A stretch of 43,673 bases of DNA from Sphaeroforma arctica JP610 (lineage: Eukaryota). How positions within the stretch are numbered: the stretch's first letter is position 1; every line of letters begins with the position of its first letter. Made by a program: the position numbers and the translations under genes. The notes under the pieces are model-generated. The model did no database searches and was not told the DNA's origin. It saw only the letters and a list, made by a program, of their open reading frames with translations. Positions 35,647 to 43,673 of the stretch are shown piece by piece. The stretch covers positions 1-43,673 of the forward strand of contig NW_014040033.1 of assembly GCF_001186125.1 (NCBI RefSeq). The letters are read 5' to 3'.

Positions 35647-37849
35647 CTATTGCGGAGTGGACAGGCATGTTGAGCGACGAGTTACTGAATACACTAGGTC
35701 CCTCACAACAGTCGGGATGGATAGAGGTGTATGACCTCACTGGGCCTAATGTGGTACTAACTCGAGCCAGGCGAGCACAGCTTGTGAAAGAGAACTCTTC
35801 ATTGCCGACAGCCAATCCCTCAAGCACTGTACCAGTTATCAAACAGGAACCTTTAGCCGCGGGGTTGCCTAGCATGTATACGGATGCATGTGCAGATGGG
35901 CAGTCGAATAAGGATGACATGGTTGTCCCCTCAGTGGATGCTGATTGCATGGCATCTCAAGCTGATATGCCGACAAAAATAGATGGAGAAACACAACGGA
36001 AACTTCAGGCAAAGATCACCTCCAAGAATGAGATGTTCAGTTCTATCAGAAAACGTTGCAGAAAGAAGAAAGGTGCATGCTGGAACACGAAGAAGTCGTG
36101 GACATACAAATATTCCTCAGGAGACCGTGTTCGCATATTTCCTGGGCAATGTCAGACAGATAGTATTGCAGAGGTTCCAGAAACCTCGCCAGAATTTTCC
36201 CCGTCGCCCACCCAGCGCTATGCGGGCTCATCAGAACCAAATCAATCTGTGTCGTATGCAAAGAGATTACCTACTACATTCCGTCGATGCCAGCAAGACA
36301 GTATCACTGGTACACAGTGCTTGTCAGCCACTAACCTTGATGTGATGGCGAGCGTACAGCCAGGCTTGGACGCCGGCATAGACACCCAAATAATCCCGGT
36401 TGCGGTATGTACACGAATGAAGCATTCTGTAAGACCTCGTATCGCAGATGACTGAACGACGTAAATACTCGCACAATCGTGCACACTAAAACTGCCTGCG
36501 TCCCTTCGGAGTGTTGGTGATCCCAGATGAAGCAAGTGCACGTGTGGCTGGCACAACCAATTCCATTGGTTCGCAACTAGCAGAGATGCAAAGTACTCAC
36601 AGTCCGTTCTCGAGCAGTTCAAGAACGCACATCTAGCCCACTTATTTATATTCATGATCGTAGTGATCGCAGATGTGATGAAAGTACACATAAGTGTCAC
36701 GGTAGAGGCTGGGAGAGGTGTACTGTTCTCGCTCACTCGCTTCGGAAAAGTGCTAGCACGCTCAATCGCTCGAATGGATATATACCCGCTCGTAGACCGT
36801 CGAAAACACCAATGGAGTTGTACAGTACTTTTGCTGCCATGCCAAGCAGTAAACAAACAATCGTGCACAGCACACATATGTAATAGAAATTTTATCTTTG
36901 TTTTTGTACATACAGGTGGACTCTACAGTTGCGAATGCTGGCGCTGAGGTACCCGGCGCCGATCCCACCACAGTAGAGAGGACTTTTCCGATTGTCAATG
37001 AAGTACCTGAGAGTACCACGGCCGAAACAACTGCAGCGGCATCGAGTTCACCCTTGAAACGTGCTCTGAAAGTGCATATGAAAGTGTGTAATACTACTGT
37101 GTGGTCTCGCCGACAGACTGACCATTGGTACAATTTTAATCTGTTTGAAGGGCTTGGCTGAGGGCTTAGTTATAGACTTGTGGGAAGCTTGCCATATTTC
37201 ACTAACTTTTGCAATTATTGCAATATCGTTGAAGCCTGCCGGAAACACCCTGGAGTTGACTGCGCAATTGGAATTAGGAGTGAAGTCCCAGCTTTTGAAA
37301 CAGGTTAATATTTTACGGTTTTTATTGTTTAGGTGCGTTGTAGTATGTAGCAATGTGTAGGATGAATTTGCGTATGTTGCGCTCATTCTCACAGTACGCT
37401 TTCCAACACTTAGTATGTATTGCATTTGTAGCTTCATCGAATGGATACCCTGCATGAATCAAGTGAAATGGCTTCAGCCCTTTCGGTCATGCTACTCACT
37501 CAAGGTGGTTTAATGTGAACTACAGGTAATGCAAGGGAAGGTTAGGATCCTACAATGGGCACTAAGTAACCACCATCTCATGGGGAGCTTTGAATACACC
37601 AATGAGCCTAGTCATCCCATAGATTCGACGAAGCTTGTTCGTGAGATTTTACTTGCGTTCATGAAGGGGAAGGGGAGGAAGCTGCCCGCTACATACCGGC
37701 TACAACACACTACACAACCCGTCAATAAGCGTTTCAGTGAGTTCTGTGACGTTCTTCGTGAGTACATACACATGCTCACAGGAAGTGCTCCGTCTATCGA
37801 GGAGATAAAGGGTGGTCAGACGGCAATATTCTACGAGAGTAACGAGTGA
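35647..37849 (+). CDS. Unknown multi-exon gene (candidate exons 35647-36404, 36916-~37303, 37526-37849), with an apparent frameshift near 37150
   Basis: ORF segments are bounded by plausible acceptors (tacag at 35646, 36915, 37525) and donors (gtatgt 36405, gttaat ~37304) in compatible phase. No recognised domain. Divergent from SF3B6. Confidence 0.5.
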
Positions 37850-39347
37850 GAGACTCGCAAACGTATATCCATCCGATGAAGACTTTGTGAAGCCCGATGA
37901 GAGCCAATAAACACGCACTTCGGACGTACGGTCCTCAAGTTGTCCATTAACGGCAAAGGGCTTCATACTTTCGAATTAAATAAGGCTGAAAAAGCTCTTG
38001 GGTACGGTTTGAAAATTTCAAGCAGAGCTACTGACTGCTATACTCGCGAAAGCGATGGGCTATGTCGACTTTGATCACGAATGAGAGTGAATTATATTCT
38101 GAGGTTTAGAAGTGAACTGGCTATCATCGAGCACGCCACAGCGCTTCAACATGATCTGGATTACATATCAACTTATGACTTGATTGCCCTTTATTATTAG
38201 CCGTGTCAGTGACGTCGACATCGAAGGCTACAACGAATACAACGGTGTGGTGTGGCGCATTTTGTGTAAATGTAGGTCTATCTCAGCCACGCTAAACTAC
38301 CTTAATGCTCATATGGAATGCACACACTGGCTCGACTCGGTACTTTTATGTATATTGCAGAGAACATGCAAATGCTCAATAGAGCTGGAAATCAGTTTCT
38401 AAGGTCGTCCCTTTTTAATACATTCCACAGCTTAGCATTGTAAAGTACAAAATTTCTGAATGCCATATATATTCTACGCGATTTTTATCGAGCACATATT
38501 GCTGCGACAACCTTTCCTATAGGATGTGCAACATTTAATAGGCTGTAGAGTGTAGTTGAATCCTATTTTCTGTGTCTATTTGTATGTCTATGTTATAATG
38601 TCCCATACAACTCTCATCTTGCGGAGAGCACCGGACGCATCGTGCACAGTACATTGTGCAAAATACCCATACATGTGCACTTCGATATGTTGTGGAATGA
38701 CGTCTGTAATTGTCGCACCACTTTTGTCGCTTTCAGCGCGTATGGATACCTTAGATTCTCTAGAATGTGCTACTTAAGCAGATTATTCAGTTCTCCAGCG
38801 AGCTGCATCGAGTCTAGTTCCGCACGTGCTAAACAGTTATCTATTGCGTATTGTATCATGGAACAAGCCTCTCCAGATCTTCAGCGGCTGGTATCCTGTC
38901 TGTATTCACGTATTAGTCAGATGGTGTCTCATTTAGCGTATACTCATGCATGTACACACACGATGGTAAAATCTGCGTATATCATTCCGATCTTTTCCAA
39001 ATCTATCGTTCGTATTTCCTAACACATCGCGCTATTCTCCTGCCCTATATAGTCACGCAGATTGTAGACAAAGTTTAATACTACATGCGTAGTCCATTCA
39101 AATCTTCCGCGATTTGTATAGTGGCTATGTCCTCGTGTGTCGCACAGCTATCTTCTCGTAAAGCGGGGCAACTATTCACAGGATGATCTAGCGTGGAAGC
39201 CATGTGATCTGCATAAAATCATCAAAATACATGGTCATCGACCAACCTTAATATGTGATTTGATATATGTATCACTCTGTTGTCCTGCTCCGACAGATTT
39301 AAAGGCTCAAGGTGAGTTTTAAATATCTTGTAATAAAAAAATTGCCT

Positions 39348-42059
39348 TCAAGATGGGGTACCTTCACCGAATGCACATGTTATCATACATTTCAACGGCA
39401 TAAACAAAGCCGATCTATCCTGTGAAGCACTTACGAGAATGAAGAGCCAACGAACGCAAGAAGGCCATCCGCATGCGATTGGTGTTGATTCCGAAATCTC
39501 TCTTCTCTGACCTTCTGTCTGGGGACCAGTGGTTGAGTACCGAGTGGCACAGGATGTTCTTGACTGATGCGTTGTTAAAGGTCTGAAAGATGTACAGCAG
39601 AAGTGCGAAGGCGTAAAGTGGTTAAATATCAGTAATCTTCTGTCCCACATTGTGTTGACGGCTATACTAAAGTCTTCAGAATATCTCATCGATTGGGTCT
39701 TCAAGCTCCAGGCAGCATCTTGCATGTTTAAAGAGGTTAACAAATGGACATCACAAAGCAACAATATTTCCCCTTTCAGGCAGCTACACACCTTTTCGAA
39801 GAATTTCTCGTGGTCTATATAGAAACTTGTGTGGTAGAAATTTACACAGTTCATTAGTGAGTTGTTGAATGTCACATTATCGAAGCTTGCCCGTTGATGC
39901 AGTTCAAGTACTGGTGACAGAAAGGGGTTGCTTTCCGCGTCGATCTCGCCGCCCAGTCTTGCACCGATGAATCGAACGTGTATGAGATGAGACCCATCGA
40001 ATGATGTATGGGCCATCTGTACCAGATCAAATCCGACATTAAACAGCCTCACACTGCGCAGATCTACGTGCTGCATGTCTGCCTTGGCGAATGAGGTGTC
40101 CTCCATTAGCGAGCCGGATAGGTTGACCCTGTCGGTGGGTGTTGTGTTCATTAGCCAAGGTTGGTATTACGAGCTATACATATGAGTACGAAAACTTGTT
40201 AAAATTTGATATACTTATGCACGTAGAAAGGTCACTTCTTGTGTGTCCACTATCATATTCCCCAGCTCAGCACTTGTGACATACCTTTTGAGTCTAGCTT
40301 CCAGGAAGTTGCATCCGTTTATGACAGCATTGCGCATATCTGTTTCGTGCGTAGGCCAAGCATAGCTAGTTCCTGGAGTCGGGGTGACCGAACGGTGTGC
40401 TTTTGTGCCATCGTCGACCACGTATTGCATGTTTAAATGACCAAGGGAATGAAAATCCAGGTAGCATGAAGCGATGCGATAGAAACAAAGGCAAACAGTA
40501 TGTGCAGTTTGCCCTACTTTCAATTGAATTTGACTCGTTGAGTTATCGGTACCCAGACAAGGCACCAAAATCTTACGGTTCTATGGCATACCTGCATCTG
40601 ATATATTCCGAATAACAGCCCCTTTAAACGTGCAATCGATGAATTGAGAACCAGAAAATATGCATCCTAGGAAGTGACCTCTATCGAAGGTGCAGTGCTT
40701 GAAAGTGCAATTTCGCAGGTCACATCTCTCGAATCTGACATCCTGCAGTATATGCAGGATTATAGTATGGAGCCAAATATGAAACTTCGAAATATGGAAT
40801 TCATTTGTTGTTATAATTCCGATTGGTGGCATACGGAAATGAAAAGATCGAATCTTTGAAAGAGAATCAAGCTGGTGCTACGACAGGTGCAATTCGAGAA
40901 CGTTACCCTGTTGTATTTTGACATACCGTCATATCGACGTGTGTGAAAGCAGTACCAAGAAATTGACTCTGAGTCAAGAGCGAGCATGCCAGCGATACGG
41001 CCGTGATCTCACTGTATGGCAGCACAAGTACGCGGTCGCACTTCAAGTTGTTCAGAATTGGTGCGCTATTTATCATTGTCATGAGCTTTAAACAAAGTGG
41101 GAACAAATGTTTGATAGCGGTGAATATGTGCGATAAATACATGCAAAGTTGGTAAAATTTACAAGTATGATCTATGATTGGATCGTGTTGCAGTTCCCAA
41201 ACGGTATTGCATTGATTGATCTTTAGTATCAAACGAATAACACACGCTATGACTATACAAGATGAGTATCGCGGTTTAAACAGCCTCAACCGCGGGCCCT
41301 TAACACTCAAGTCAGATACTCAACCCATAGAAAATGTTTGCCTGGTGAGCAACTGGATTCTTACAGCAAAGGAAGTCAGATACTCAACCCATAGAAAATG
41401 TTTGCCTGGTGAGCAACTGGATTCTTACAGCAAAGGTACGGTCTCACAAGTGTCAACATCACAAAGATTTCATATACAAATGTTTATCAGATAACTCTAA
41501 ACTTCCTTTACCTTCTCCTGGTGGCCTACGACGCAATCGGTTAATCGGGATGACATCGGGGGTAGCGGCTGTATAAATGACAGATAATGAATGAACACGC
41601 AAGGATAATACCATTATTCAATGTCCCAATAGCGGAAGGAATTGCGTTGTACACTGCATTGAAAGACGACCAAGCTTACCACTAGAAAGAAGTTTGCAAG
41701 GTCATAGACGCTAGAGACGTTTGTGTCCGCTGGTATTTGGAGTTTGCCAGTTCGCAGGTAATCTAGTATGGGTCCGAAATCCTTGCCTGCAAGATTGACA
41801 TTGTTTAGCTGCGAGTGCTCTTATCATAAGAGTATATAGCAGAAGTCATACGCGAAATTTCATTTAATAGCTTGTCAAGTAATGCATTGTTCTCGAATGA
41901 GAGAATCGCACACTCACCATTGTGATCAATAAAGTACGCCCCTTCATCATCCAAGGACACGGGTACGCGGCCCTCTAATAGTGCGGAGAAGAACGTCTTT
42001 TCATCCGGGGAGAGTAGTGTACATCGGGTTGTTACGTACTTGTACCCTCCAATGTTGAG
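39348..42059 (-). pseudogene. KCTD-type BTB/POZ + pentapeptide-repeat gene (KCTD9/FIP2-like architecture), multi-exon, probably disrupted; further 5' exons likely up to ~43160
   Basis: Exons 42059-41918 and 41786-41680 splice to LNIGGYKYVTTRCTL..TFFSALLEGRVP..DDEGAYFIDHNGKDFGPILDYLRTGKL. Downstream exons carry pentapeptide repeats (VRFERCDLRNCTFKHCTFDRGHFLGCIFSGSQFIDCTFKGA; TSFAKADMQHVDLRSVRL). Stops or frameshifts occur in flanking candidate exons. Confidence 0.75.
41309..41436. repeat. Perfect 64-bp tandem duplication
   Basis: aagtcagatactcaacccatagaaaatgtttgcctggtgagcaactggattcttacagcaaagg at 41309 and 41373. Confidence 0.95.
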
Positions 42060-43553
42060 CTGTTGAAAAGTTGAATGTGGAAAGTTTAATTTATATGATA
42101 TCTTTATTTCTTCACCAATCTTGCATAACTAAACCTAACACATCATAAACAGCACAACCAAACACAGTGGTACGTTGAGCTGTATTGTTTGTAAACATAT
42201 TCAACAGGTCTGTGTCAGTTTTGTACTTCTCTAGAAGTGTGTGGTCAGTTCATCACAGGGGTAGCCAGCAAAACTGTGTGTGCTTTGGCATACTGATAGA
42301 AACGTACTGTATTATTAATGACAGAATTCATATTTGTTATATCATATTATATGCATAGCGTACAAGTTCGTATTGCACTGCAACTATCTAAATTATTTTC
42401 TGCCAATCTTTATAGAATACAGTGACGATGCATAACACTCTACATTTGAATTTTCAGAAGACTCACGTGTGGATTCGGTGGAAACACACAACTATAGCGA
42501 GTACATCCACATCCAAACTTCAATAAGTCCTATCTGAATGAAGGTAGCTTTACCTTTGTTGACCTCTGCTAATTTAATTTCCAGTATTCAGACGAGTCGT
42601 TAGATACATACTTGTTGCACTATCCCACACATCTCAATCGCGGTAGCCTATAAAACAATACTCACACAGGTTCCTATTCAATCAATATTCATAAAAACTG
42701 CCACAATCTGTACAAACAGTAAGTGTACACCTTCTGAACACTTCAACCATAATCTATATATATATTGCATGGTCACTTACCTTGACTAGACTCTCGGGAT
42801 GTCCTTCTTCACTCACGGTCTTGTGTGTACGGGATTGGACGTCCTGCTGTGCGGTCTCACTAACTTCTTTGTGACTCATCCTGTTGAGTAAATTAATCTT
42901 TACCCATGTGTAGGTGTGATGGAGATGCAAAAACAAGTTGTGGTTGTGCGATGCCGAACGCTTGATAACTAAAATTCTAGAAGCGATGTTGCAATACTTG
43001 AAGAGATGTTGTTCACTGTATTGACTTTCGGCGTCGAGCAACTGTCGGCGTATAAACAACCATGAGGCTTGGAGAGAGTTGATCTATCATGTAGATCGTA
43101 GCAAAGGGTGTTTGTTTTATCCTGCTGCATACACTCCGTATCTCCGGTTTATCATATTCCATAATAGTCCAGGGCGCTAGGCATATGAATACGAATGACG
43201 ATAGATTAGCTGATATCAGAAGAAAAAAAAAGTTTCCCCGTGAACAAACCAATGAGATACGACGTTGCTACTCATAATTTGATTGGGGGATATAGCGCTA
43301 TTAAAATTTTAAAAAGTTTGTAGGAAAACCCAACGCTCCACGGCCATGTGTTTTCAAAAAAAAACAAAATGACTTCAAATGTGTTTTACTTTACTATGTA
43401 AATATCTGCTAAATGTACAACGCTCAGTACAACAGTAGTAAGACCAATGGAGTGAGAGGATCAGGGGCCAGGGTCGATTCTATTGGATTTGCACACAAAT
43501 TTACAAATACAAAAGACACACCCATACACCGAAACTACCAGATTTTGCCACGT

Positions 43554-43673
43554 CAAGCACGCGTTATCAAAAAAAAAAATACCAAAAAGTAGTCGTTGCA
43601 CTCTAGTTTCGATAGTATCTTTCAGATGCAAGCACGCGTTATCAATAAAAAAATACCAAAAAGTAGTCGTTGC
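43554..43673. repeat. Tandem repeat, 75-bp period, running off the window end
   Basis: caagcacgcgttatcaa..aaaataccaaaaagtagtcgttgc at 43554 and 43629. Confidence 0.9.

Overview
Eukaryotic nuclear DNA with GT-AG introns and TA/CA microsatellite-filled introns. A unicellular holozoan-type protist is a guess only. The right half holds ordinary host genes: bystin (3 exons), an intronless secreted lipocalin, SF3B6/p14 (3 exons), an unknown multi-exon gene and a probably decayed KCTD-type BTB + pentapeptide-repeat gene. The left half holds the main finding, an ~8.5 kb block (~8325-16868) of dense, intronless, mostly decayed genes with giant-virus (Nucleocytoviricota-like) character. It contains the 3' end of an RNA polymerase largest subunit that stops at the archaeal A'-type split point, three fragments of YadA-like 15-aa-repeat fibre genes, two bacterial-type DUF4832/GH-A glycoside-hydrolase-like paralogues (one intact and membrane-anchored) and an 'RSDSRLC' family gene. 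The block lies between an LTR plus gag-like relic (6551-~7800) and the RT-RNaseH-integrase plus a second LTR-family copy (17200-21335) of a decayed Ty3/gypsy retrotransposon. All family assignments come from motif recognition by eye; no database search was run.
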